NCBI RefSeq assembly: GCF_048266485.1
Contig: NZ_JBLWZK010000008.1
Span: 39,763-103,762, forward strand
Direction: 5' to 3'
Length of the DNA stretch: 64,000 nt
From: Vibrio sp.
GTDB taxonomy: Bacteria; Pseudomonadota; Gammaproteobacteria; Enterobacterales; Vibrionaceae
Positions 20,552-29,747 of the stretch are shown in pieces (the first letter of the stretch is position 1; each line of letters begins with the position of its first letter). The notes beneath the pieces were generated by a model. That model did no database searches. It was given only the letters and a program-made list of their open reading frames with translations, and was not told where the DNA came from. Both the position numbers and the translations under genes were made by a program.

Positions 20552-21691
20552 TTGAAAGCATTTTTTGATAATATTTATAATTTTCTCACAGAATACTCTT
20601 ATAATTGGGCGACTGATTTAATTGCTATCGGTATTCTCAGTTTCATCATTTGGTTAATATGGCGCTTTGTTTGTTCTCGCCTAATCAGTATTACTGACCA
20701 TACTGCTTTACAGTGGGATGATGTTATCATTCATTCCTTACAAGCGCCTATTAGCACATTGATCTGGTGCTGGCCGATGCTGATAGGTATTGGCGTTTTA
20801 CTCGAAGATTTATTAGATCGTTCGATAACTTGGATCTACACAGTTCAAATCCTAATGGGAATTGCTTTGGTTGTCTGGACTTTATTTAGACTCGTCAGCA
20901 ATGTTGAATTAGTGGTTTTACGAAATAACAAACGAGATGAAACGACCGTTCAGGCTTTATCGAAAGTAGTCAGATTGATTATCTTTGTGATCGGTACAAT
21001 GACGGTAATGCAAACTTTAGGGTTAAGTCTTTCTGGTTTGCTGACCTTTGGCGGCGTCGGTGGTTTAGTTGTTGGTTTGGCAGCCAAAGATCTCCTTTCA
21101 AACTTCTTTGGTGGAATGATGGTCTACCTTGATCGCCCTTTTAAAGTCGGAGATTGGGTCCGCTCACCAGATAGAAACATAGAAGGTACTGTCGAAAAAA
21201 TCGGTTGGCGCATGACGATTATCAGAACGTTTGATAAGCGTCCATTATATGTACCCAATGCAATTTTTAGTAATATCGTAGTCGAAAATCCATCACGAAT
21301 GCACAATCGACAAATCAACGAAATTATTGGCTTACGCTACCAAGATGCCCATAAAGTCGACGCGATCATTAAAGACGTCCGCGAAATGGTCACCAATCAC
21401 CCTGATATTGACTCTCGCCAAACCATTATTGTTAACTTCAATACCTTTAGTCAATCGTCATTGAATTTCTTTATCTACGCGTTCACTAAAACCGTCGCCT
21501 GGGTACGCTTTCATGAAGTCAAACAGGATGTTTTATTGCAAGTATTAACCATTGTGCATAAACACGGTGCTGATGTAGCATTTCCAACCCAAACACTGCA
21601 TATACATTCAGTTTCGCCAGAACCAGATGAAATACAGAACAAAGAAAAATCAACTCATGAGAAAGCTAAGTTTTCCATCAAAATGAAATAG
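20552..21691 (+). CDS. MscS-family mechanosensitive channel (YnaI-like)
   Basis: GGVGGLVVGLAAKDLLSNFFGG, DRPFKVGDW and VAFPTQ motifs. Confidence 0.92.
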   Translation: MKAFFDNIYNFLTEYSYNWATDLIAIGILSFIIWLIWRFVCSRLISITDHTALQWDDVIIHSLQAPISTLIWCWPMLIGIGVLLEDLLDRSITWIYTVQILMGIALVVWTLFRLVSNVELVVLRNNKRDETTVQALSKVVRLIIFVIGTMTVMQTLGLSLSGLLTFGGVGGLVVGLAAKDLLSNFFGGMMVYLDRPFKVGDWVRSPDRNIEGTVEKIGWRMTIIRTFDKRPLYVPNAIFSNIVVENPSRMHNRQINEIIGLRYQDAHKVDAIIKDVREMVTNHPDIDSRQTIIVNFNTFSQSSLNFFIYAFTKTVAWVRFHEVKQDVLLQVLTIVHKHGADVAFPTQTLHIHSVSPEPDEIQNKEKSTHEKAKFSIKMK

Positions 21692-21816
21692 TATCAGATA
21701 CACAAAAAAGCATTTCTGTCCCTTCTCTCTTTTATAAGCAAAGATGTAGGAAGAAATGCTTTTTACGTTAACTCTAGTGTTTACTCAACTTTTACACTTA
21801 CTTAATACAGAAACGA

Positions 21817-23217
21817 TTAGCACCAAAACTTCTGCTTAATCAGATTATCCAGCACCTGATTGACCGCTTGCTCTGTCATATCTACGATCTGGTCAATATC
21901 ACTTTTGGTTGCTATTAAAGGTGGCGCAAATCCTAAAATATCTCCATGTGGCATGGCACGAGCAATTAAGCCTCGTTCTAAGCACGCTGCCGCCACTTGT
22001 GGCCCGACTTTTAAGCTAGGATCAAATTGGGTGCGATGGTCTTTATCTGACGAAAACTCAAGCCCATGTAACAAGCCTACTCCACGGGTATCACCAACCA
22101 TGGGATGATCGACAAATTTCGCATGCATTTTCTGTTGTAAATATTCCCCGACGACTCGGCTATTCTCCACCAGTCCTTCACGTTCAATAATATCAAGATT
22201 ACATAACGCCGCCGCAGCGCCCATCGGATGTCCTGAGTAGGTATAACCATGACCAATTGCACCCCATTGATCAGTACCATCTTCCAAAACCGACCACACT
22301 TTATCGCCAATAATCACGCCTGATAGAGGCAAATACGCAGAAGTTAACCCTTTTGCGACCGTCATAAGATCTGGTTTCATTTGATACAAATCTGAACCAA
22401 AGTTCACCCCTAATCGACCAAAGCCGCACACCACTTCATCAGCAATCAGTAATATGTCGTATTTATCGAGCACCTTACGAATTGCCGGCCAATATCCACT
22501 TGGAGGTGGCACAATGCCACCCGTTCCGAGTACTGGTTCTGCAATCATTGCTGCGACGGTATCGGGATCTTCTTTTAAAATTTGTGCTTCCAGATGGTCA
22601 GCACAGAGTTGAGAGAATTCTTCTTCACTCATTTTATCCACTTCACGGCGATAATAATAAGGCGACATTGTGTGCTTAATCCGTTCAAGTGGTAGATCAA
22701 AATGCGCATGGAAAATCGGTAAGCCCGTCATGGAGCCAGATGCAATACTAGAACCATGATAGCCACGCTCACGCGAGATGATTTTTTTCTTCTCTGGCTT
22801 TCCTCGAGCATTGTTGTAATACCACACCAGTTTGAGCTGAGTTTCATTGGCATCACTGCCAGATAGACCGTAGTAGACTTTGCTCATGCCATCTGGAGCC
22901 CACTTTAAAATTCGATCAGAAAGCTCAATTAATGCCTCATTAGTATGGCCCACATAAGTATGGTAGTAGGCCAGTTTCTTTGCTTGTTCATAAATAGCAT
23001 CGGCCATTTCTTCGCGCCCATAACCAATGTTGACGCAATATAAACCGGCAAAACCATCAAGAAGTTCAATGCCTTCCGAATCGGTAATTTTCAACCCTTT
23101 CGCGCCAGTAATAATACGACCTGGCAACTCACCTGCGGCGTACTGCTTCAAATGAGTCGAAGAGTGAAAAATGCTCTCGCGGTCGGTTTTTAAAAGTTGC
23201 TCTGTTGATTTAGTCAT
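21817..23217 (-). CDS. doeD: Class III aminotransferase, DoeD-like (diaminobutyrate transaminase)
   Basis: DGFAGLYCVN, RERGYHG, ADEVVCGFGR, TVAKGLTSAY and HGYTYSGHP motifs, plus doe cluster context. Start at 23217 has an RBS. Confidence 0.82.
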   Translation of the reverse strand: MTKSTEQLLKTDRESIFHSSTHLKQYAAGELPGRIITGAKGLKITDSEGIELLDGFAGLYCVNIGYGREEMADAIYEQAKKLAYYHTYVGHTNEALIELSDRILKWAPDGMSKVYYGLSGSDANETQLKLVWYYNNARGKPEKKKIISRERGYHGSSIASGSMTGLPIFHAHFDLPLERIKHTMSPYYYRREVDKMSEEEFSQLCADHLEAQILKEDPDTVAAMIAEPVLGTGGIVPPPSGYWPAIRKVLDKYDILLIADEVVCGFGRLGVNFGSDLYQMKPDLMTVAKGLTSAYLPLSGVIIGDKVWSVLEDGTDQWGAIGHGYTYSGHPMGAAAALCNLDIIEREGLVENSRVVGEYLQQKMHAKFVDHPMVGDTRGVGLLHGLEFSSDKDHRTQFDPSLKVGPQVAAACLERGLIARAMPHGDILGFAPPLIATKSDIDQIVDMTEQAVNQVLDNLIKQKFWC

Positions 23218-23253
23218 ATCTTTTCTCCTTCCATTCATCGATTCACTTGGGTA

Positions 23254-23397
23254 TATACCCAAAGTAATTGGAGTTGCAGTGAGGCGACAAGTGAATGAGA
23301 CCCCATGAGCATAGCTAGCCTATGGCTTTCTTAATAAAAGATAGCGGGGCGAATGAACGCCGTTAACCAAGCTTCAGCTTCAAGTACGACAGGTATA
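23254..23397. repeat. ERIC element (about 144 bp, with an internal insertion)
   Basis: TATACCCAAAGTAATTGGAGTTGCAG...CCCCATGAGCATAG...GGGGCGAATGAACG...CAGCTTCAAGTACGACAGGTATA follows the ERIC consensus and has TATA ends. Confidence 0.88.
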
Positions 23398-24966
23398 TTA
23401 AGAGCCACTCGCCGTTGGTAGTTGCCCTAAGCAGCAGTATTTAATCTCACTGAATTCATCAAAGCCGTGGCAGCTTCCTTCTCGCCCGAGACCCGATTGT
23501 TTAACGCCGCCAAATGGTATTGGCCCACCGGTCATCTTGACGGAATTAACACTCACCATGCCAAATTCTAACCCTCGCATGCAGCGCCAAATATCATGAA
23601 TATCGTGGCCATAGACATAAGCCGCTAAGCCATATTCGGTATCGTTGCTCATTTCAATCACTTGCTCTACATCGTCATAAGGGATCACACCTGCAACAGG
23701 ACAAAAGTTCTCTTCGCGATACACCGCCATATCCGGAGTCACATCCGCAAGCAAGGTAGGCGGGAAAAAGTTCACTCCTGATAAATGGCCTTGATACTGG
23801 GAAACTAAACGCGCCCCTTTATCGATGGCATCACCGACTAAACGTGCAGCATTTTGGGCAGCATTCGCCGAAATAAGCGGCCCCAGTGTGACTTTCGGAT
23901 CAAGCCCATTGCCCACCACCATGTCATTCATTGCCTTGGCAAACTTATCCAAAAACGTTTCATAGTGACGACGGGGCACAAAGATACGATTAGCCGCTAA
24001 ACAATCTTGTCCTGAGGTTTGAAACTTAGCATCGATAGCAGCATGAACCGCCTGATCCATATCCATATCATCCAACACAATAAATGGCGCATTACCGCCC
24101 AATTCCATACTGCATTTTTTTACTGTATCTGCTGCTTGCTTTAGCAATAATTTGCCTACTGGTGTTGAACCAGTAAACGACAACGCTTTAATCACAGGAG
24201 ACGCACACAAGGTTTTTGAAATCATCGCCGCCTCACCTGTCACGACATTAAAGACGCCAGCAGGAAAGCCACAACGATCGGCCAGTTCCGCTAAAGCAAG
24301 CGCTGAAAATGGCGTATCACTAGCAGGCTTAATCACCACAGTGCAACCAATGGCTAATGCCGCGGCCGCTTTGCGTGTGATCATCGCATTAGGGAAATTC
24401 CAAGGGGTAATTAAAGCCGCCACGCCAATCGGCTCACGCAGCGTAGAAAGTTGCGCATTGTTGATGTGACTGGGAATAGTATGCCCGTAACTACGACGCG
24501 CTTCTTCAGCAAACCAACGAATAAAGGACGCGCCATATTCCACTTCACCTACTGCTTCAGCAAGCGTTTTACCCTGTTCAACCACCATTAAATACGCCAA
24601 ATCTTGCTTGGCTTCTAAAATGGCGTAATACCAATTCATTAGAAAATCCGCTCGCTGATCGGCACTTAATTTTCGCCATGGTTGAAAAGCTTCATCTGCA
24701 GCTTCAATTGCTTGTTCTATTTGTAGCTCGCTCAACATACTGATATAGCCAATAGTTTGGTTATTGGCAGGATTTTCAACCGCATGAAAACTATCACCAC
24801 ATTGCCATTTTCCACTAATGTAAGCGTGATTTCTGACTAGACGAACATCATCCAGTAACGTCATCATTTCATGCGAAGCTTTATGCTCATTGTTATTAAC
24901 ATAATGAACAGACTGGTGGTTATTTGACTCATTGGTGGAATAAATATCTCGATCAGAAAATCCCAT
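23398..24966 (-). CDS. doeC: NAD(P)-dependent SSADH-like aldehyde dehydrogenase, DoeC-like
   Basis: ITPWNFP, SFTGSTPVG, MELGGNAPF, SGQDCLA and EENFCP motifs, plus context. Start at 24966 has RBS GGGAGG. Confidence 0.82.
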   Translation of the reverse strand: MGFSDRDIYSTNESNNHQSVHYVNNNEHKASHEMMTLLDDVRLVRNHAYISGKWQCGDSFHAVENPANNQTIGYISMLSELQIEQAIEAADEAFQPWRKLSADQRADFLMNWYYAILEAKQDLAYLMVVEQGKTLAEAVGEVEYGASFIRWFAEEARRSYGHTIPSHINNAQLSTLREPIGVAALITPWNFPNAMITRKAAAALAIGCTVVIKPASDTPFSALALAELADRCGFPAGVFNVVTGEAAMISKTLCASPVIKALSFTGSTPVGKLLLKQAADTVKKCSMELGGNAPFIVLDDMDMDQAVHAAIDAKFQTSGQDCLAANRIFVPRRHYETFLDKFAKAMNDMVVGNGLDPKVTLGPLISANAAQNAARLVGDAIDKGARLVSQYQGHLSGVNFFPPTLLADVTPDMAVYREENFCPVAGVIPYDDVEQVIEMSNDTEYGLAAYVYGHDIHDIWRCMRGLEFGMVSVNSVKMTGGPIPFGGVKQSGLGREGSCHGFDEFSEIKYCCLGQLPTASGS

Positions 24967-25137
24967 AATGCCCTCCCGTCCTATCAAAGTATGAGTATAA
25001 GAATTAGCTCATAGTTAAAAGATAAGGAAAACCGAGTAATTATGTTTTTGAAGAAAAGAGATTAAGGTATGTTTTTTTCTGTTGAGTCACCAGAATTCAG
25101 GGATTTTTTCTGGTGACGTTAACTGACTATCATTATT

Positions 25138-25608
25138 TCAATAATGGCTTTCTACTGACGTGGCATTTTGCTTGATAGTTTTTGTTACGATGTAGGTAAA
25201 ATAACGATCAATTCCAAGGTCGGAATCAAGCCATAAATCCATTAAACGTTGGTATTGATCAATATCTTGTGCCTGTACCTTGATAATGTAATCAACCCCA
25301 CCACCAGTGGCATAGCAATCCGTAACTTCTGGAGTTTCACACATTAACGATTCAAACCGTTTAAACGCTCTCGAATGATGTTCTTTTAGAGAAACCTCTA
25401 CCAAAACCGACGTGCGCTTTAAAATTTGATTGATGTTTACTCTAGCACCATAACCTTCAATGATGCCGGCTTTTTCAAGCTTTTTAACTCGCTCCCAACA
25501 TGGGCTAACAGATAAATGAATTTCATCCGCTAATTGCGATTTAGTAATACGTCCATTTTCCTGCAAAATTTGCAGTATTTTCATATCATATTGATCAAGC
25601 TGCATCAT
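25138..25608 (-). CDS. doeX: Lrp/AsnC regulator, DoeX-like
   Basis: LDQYDMKILQILQENGRIT...LSVSPCWERVKKLE helix-turn-helix. Lies between doeA and doeC. Confidence 0.8.
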   Translation of the reverse strand: MMQLDQYDMKILQILQENGRITKSQLADEIHLSVSPCWERVKKLEKAGIIEGYGARVNINQILKRTSVLVEVSLKEHHSRAFKRFESLMCETPEVTDCYATGGGVDYIIKVQAQDIDQYQRLMDLWLDSDLGIDRYFTYIVTKTIKQNATSVESHY

Positions 25609-25652
25609 ACCTCCAGCCTATTAAATCCTGTCATCCTTAGTGATTGAAAACT

Positions 25653-26840
25653 CTAATGCTTAATAAACAAGTGGCGTGGATAATCACACAAAGCTTGAGC
25701 GCCAAGTGATGTAATCACAATACTTTCGGTTGTTTCCAATCCCCAACTATCAAACCAAAGACCAGGCATCAAATGGAACGTCATGCCTTCTTGCAATACC
25801 GTGTCATCACTACTGCGTAAGCTCATGGTTCTCTCCCCCCAATCCGGCGGATAACTCAAACCAATCGGATAACCACAACGAGCCCCAGCTCTATCAAAAC
25901 CAGCTTTATCTAAAATGGTTTGCAATACATTAGCTACATCAGCGCAAGTATTCCCGGGCTTCGCGATATCCATCGCGGCCTCTAAGGCAATGGTTAACGC
26001 TTCATCGGCGCGTTTAAATTCATCGTCTGGCTCACCTAAAAATATCGTTCTAGATAATGGGCAATGATAACGACGATGTACTCCCGCCATTTCAATAAAG
26101 GTACCTTCACCCTTATTAAAGGGCTGATCATCCCATGTTAGGTGTGGCGCTGAAGCATCTGCACCAGAAGGTAGCATCGGTACAATCGAAGCATAGTCAC
26201 CAAAGTACCCTTCATAACCTAATACAGCCTGACGATTAATCTCCGCAACCAAGTGATGCTTTGGTAATCCTGGCTCAATCATGTCAAAGGCGACTCTGTG
26301 CATGTTTTCAACGATTCTTGCAGCGTGATACATATACAATAGTTCTTGCTCCGATTTCACCGCCCTACACCAATTGACTAAACCCGTTGCATCTAATAAC
26401 TGTGCATTCGGTAAACTATCTCTCAACCACTCGAATGCCGTAGCACTAAAATAGTAATTATCCTTTTCAACGCCAATACGCCCACGGTCCCATAATTTAG
26501 GTGTAAGAACAGCTTTAACCAAATATTCCATCGGGTGTAAATGAGGATTCATTACATAGTAGTCGGGATAATAAAAGACGTTCTCAGCTGCCATATAGAC
26601 AGTTCTAAATGCTCCATTAGCATCTAAATAGCGACCAAACCAAATTGGCTCACCGCTAGTCGATACCACAACACATTGAGGGACATAGAAAGACCAACCA
26701 TCATATCCAGTTAACCATGCCATATTGGAAGGATCATGAATGATTAATAAGTCCAGTTCATTTTCTTCCATTGATTGACGGACTTTAAGTAAGCGTTGCT
26801 GATATTCTTCCAACGAAAACTTAAATACAACTCGTTGCAT
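25653..26840 (-). CDS. doeA: Ectoine hydrolase DoeA/EutD (M24 fold)
   Basis: DPSNMAWLTGYDGWSFY, SAPHLTW, RYHCPLSRT and YPPDWGERTMS motifs. Start at 26840 has RBS AGAGGA. Confidence 0.88.
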   Translation of the reverse strand: MQRVVFKFSLEEYQQRLLKVRQSMEENELDLLIIHDPSNMAWLTGYDGWSFYVPQCVVVSTSGEPIWFGRYLDANGAFRTVYMAAENVFYYPDYYVMNPHLHPMEYLVKAVLTPKLWDRGRIGVEKDNYYFSATAFEWLRDSLPNAQLLDATGLVNWCRAVKSEQELLYMYHAARIVENMHRVAFDMIEPGLPKHHLVAEINRQAVLGYEGYFGDYASIVPMLPSGADASAPHLTWDDQPFNKGEGTFIEMAGVHRRYHCPLSRTIFLGEPDDEFKRADEALTIALEAAMDIAKPGNTCADVANVLQTILDKAGFDRAGARCGYPIGLSYPPDWGERTMSLRSSDDTVLQEGMTFHLMPGLWFDSWGLETTESIVITSLGAQALCDYPRHLFIKH

Positions 26841-27183
26841 ATCCATTCCTCTTTGATAAATGCAGCATCTAATTTGCAATTAAAAAAACCGCAATCCCAT
26901 CATTTAACATCAGAGATCGATTACATTAATACCAATCCAAATAAGTCGTTATTCGAAGCTTACATAGTGAGAGTTAAGCAACTATCGAGCCATTTTTGAA
27001 ACGGATATTAAAAGCGATTATTGATGGCTAATAGCTTAACTTTAGGTTTTGGAATTAAGCCTGATGACAACTTATTTCGATTGGCCTATCCCTGCCTGAT
27101 GCAAGTTAAAAAAGGTTGAATAATAAAACCGTCATAATTTCAGTATGGTTCAGAGAATGGGATTTGCCTAAAAAATGTATTTC

Positions 27184-27216
27184 AAAAAAAAACAGACACG
27201 CGATGTATCTGTTTTT
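27184..27216 (-). terminator. Terminator after the siderophore receptor
   Basis: Minus strand AAAAACAGATACATCGCGTGTCTGTTTTTTTTT. Confidence 0.7.
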
Positions 27217-27258
27217 AGGTAAGTTTCTATCAATTTTTATAATGCTGAAATTTGAAAA

Positions 27259-29481
27259 TTAGTACTTAACCTGATAACTCAGCATATAAGTTCGGCCTTG
27301 ACCTTTGTAATCAAATACCGATGCTGGTGCCGAATTACCGTAATATATTTGAGCACGTTGTCCCCAAACCGTGGTGTAATCTTCATTGAGTAAGTTCTGA
27401 ATGCCAAACCCTAAGCTGCCTACTGGTAATTTAACCGACGTGGTTAAATCAACTGTCGTGTAACCATCCAGTTCATTATCAGAATCATCACTTAAATCAA
27501 ACATAGTGTTACTTTGTAAACGTAAAGCGTAAATATCATCATACCAACCGACCCAAGCTCCCATTTTTGATGCACTTGATGTCGTGACCGCAGATTTTAC
27601 CCAATCACCATTAGCATCTTTTTCTTCACTACGGACAACATGACCTAGACCACCTATTTGTAGATTAGAAGTTAACCAATAATTAAGCTCCGCTTCTAAG
27701 CCATATACACGTTTATCGAAATCAGAAACTAATACCGCAAGAGTACTTTTATCGTAAGAGGTCACTTTGTCTGATAATGATATATAAGCAGCGCTCTGAA
27801 TACTTAATTCACCCACTTGGTTTCGCATACCTACTTCGAAACTGTTGGTTTTCATTCCCTCTAACTTACTTTCAGACACATTAACACTATCGATTAGGTT
27901 CATGTGGCCATTTGCATCAGTTTGATAATTACCATTCCCGTAATATTTAGCAGGATCGGCTAAGTCAAAACCTTGCGAGAAGTTAGCCCATACTTGATTA
28001 CGGTTATTAATGTGGTAAAGAGTACCTAAATTAAATAATCCCACCGCGTAATCTGTGCTACCACCCTCAATAGTATCTGCAGAAATTGCACCACCTAAAG
28101 CAATCGTAGATTGAGCGTTGGCGCTAACAAAGTCATCAATTTTATTATTAATATATTGATAACGATAGCCGCCCTGCACTGTCCAATCATCGGTAATATT
28201 GTACTCGCCTTGTATAAAGCCTGCGACAGAGGCAACTTCAGTCCCTGGGTATCTGCCAATGGTGGCGTAGGTTTTATTAACTAAACCACCTGTTGCATAA
28301 CTTGTTGCTTGGTCAAACATATCTTGACTACTATCTAAAGTATCGATGTAGCCATCAAGGCCATAGGAAAGGTTAAAGCGACCAAAGTCTTTTAATAATG
28401 CCATACGCAGACTAACTACTTCTGTATCCTGCTCTGACGCAGCCATATATGTACCGTAAATAAAAGGAATAAATGACAAACTTTCTTTACGGTAGGAAGC
28501 TTGAATCATTAGTTGTTGGTTTAAAAAGTCTGAATTTAAGTAATTCACATTCACCATATAACGTTCTGTGCCACCTTGGCGATCCGATTCATAACCTTTA
28601 CTACGAACATTCAGTTGGCTTTCATCTCTTAAGCCAGCAAAGTATGTTCCAAAGTCGATACCATAAGGGCTATCTTGTTGACTATCATAATATTGTGCGA
28701 GAATAGATAAGCTTTGGCTATCAGTTAAATTCAATTCACCAGTTGCCATCAAATCTAAAACGGTATTGTATTGTAAAGAGCCTTGCGTAATATCTGGTAC
28801 AATGATGTTGCCATTGGCATCGTATTTAGCACCTGTTTCATGATAAACAGCAGAAAGTCGACCACGAACCTTCTCATTACCTCCACTGATCGATTGGGCA
28901 ATTTTTCCATCATAATCTTCACCGTTATTAAAACTGCTACCACCACCAACATAAGTTTCAGCGTGTAAGCCTTCATCGCGCGCTTTTTTAGTAACAATAT
29001 TAATTACGCCGCCAGTTGCCCCTGCACCATAAACAGAAGTTGCACCTGAAAGCACTTCAATTCGTTCAATATTAAATGGGTCGATAGAATCAAATTGGCG
29101 ACTAATCGAACGAGATGAATTTAGCGATACACCATCAATCATTACCAAGGCAGAGCGGCCACGTAAGTTTTGTGAAGTATTCGTTCTTCCTTGGCTACCA
29201 ATATCTAATGAGGGGATAGTTGCAGCTAAAATGTCCCCTAAACTTTTACCACTACGCGCTTCTTCCTCGATGCGCTCTTGATCTACATACCAAACCGTAC
29301 CTGGAATATCACTAATACTTTTAGGTGCAGTACTTGCCACCACTACTACGGTATCTAATGATGTACTTTTTTCTTCGGCCTGAACGGAAAAGCTTGAAAC
29401 ACCTGCAACCGCTAATGCCAAGCTAACTGGTGCTAATTTTTTTGGTGGCAAGTTGAGTCCTTTTAACATGTTGATTTCCAT
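27259..29481 (-). CDS. iutA: TonB-dependent ferric siderophore receptor, IutA-like
   Basis: Signal peptide, DTVVVVAS TonB box, and LNSSRSISRQFDSIDPFNIERIEVLSGATSVYGAGATGGVINIVTK plug motif like IutA. Confidence 0.85.
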   Translation of the reverse strand: MEINMLKGLNLPPKKLAPVSLALAVAGVSSFSVQAEEKSTSLDTVVVVASTAPKSISDIPGTVWYVDQERIEEEARSGKSLGDILAATIPSLDIGSQGRTNTSQNLRGRSALVMIDGVSLNSSRSISRQFDSIDPFNIERIEVLSGATSVYGAGATGGVINIVTKKARDEGLHAETYVGGGSSFNNGEDYDGKIAQSISGGNEKVRGRLSAVYHETGAKYDANGNIIVPDITQGSLQYNTVLDLMATGELNLTDSQSLSILAQYYDSQQDSPYGIDFGTYFAGLRDESQLNVRSKGYESDRQGGTERYMVNVNYLNSDFLNQQLMIQASYRKESLSFIPFIYGTYMAASEQDTEVVSLRMALLKDFGRFNLSYGLDGYIDTLDSSQDMFDQATSYATGGLVNKTYATIGRYPGTEVASVAGFIQGEYNITDDWTVQGGYRYQYINNKIDDFVSANAQSTIALGGAISADTIEGGSTDYAVGLFNLGTLYHINNRNQVWANFSQGFDLADPAKYYGNGNYQTDANGHMNLIDSVNVSESKLEGMKTNSFEVGMRNQVGELSIQSAAYISLSDKVTSYDKSTLAVLVSDFDKRVYGLEAELNYWLTSNLQIGGLGHVVRSEEKDANGDWVKSAVTTSSASKMGAWVGWYDDIYALRLQSNTMFDLSDDSDNELDGYTTVDLTTSVKLPVGSLGFGIQNLLNEDYTTVWGQRAQIYYGNSAPASVFDYKGQGRTYMLSYQVKY

Positions 29482-29596
29482 TTAACTTCATCTCTCTATA
29501 CTGTTTTTATTAAAAAATGCCCATTCATTCTTCTTAGCGATTAACGCTATTGATAATCCACTATCGTAATAGAAACCCACTACTGATAATCGAAAT

Positions 29597-29635
29597 ACCA
29601 ATGATAATTATTACTATATCTGATAATAATTATCC
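29597..29635. promoter_or_regulatory. Tandem Fur boxes upstream of iutA
   Basis: TGATAATTATTACTA (29602-29616) and TGATAATAATTATCC (29621-29635) match the 7-1-7 consensus TGATAATNATTATCA. Confidence 0.8.
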
Positions 29636-29747
29636 CGTTATATTGGCTCTATGACCAACTTCATACAATGTTGTAGCTATCGATTATTCAAGCTACAAAT
29701 TTAGGTTGAATTTAAATGCTCAACCTTATTATTCCTACTATTTAACT

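Noticed and set aside
21706-21763. Long inverted repeat between mscS and doeD
   Set aside because: Adequately explained as a bidirectional terminator between convergent genes.
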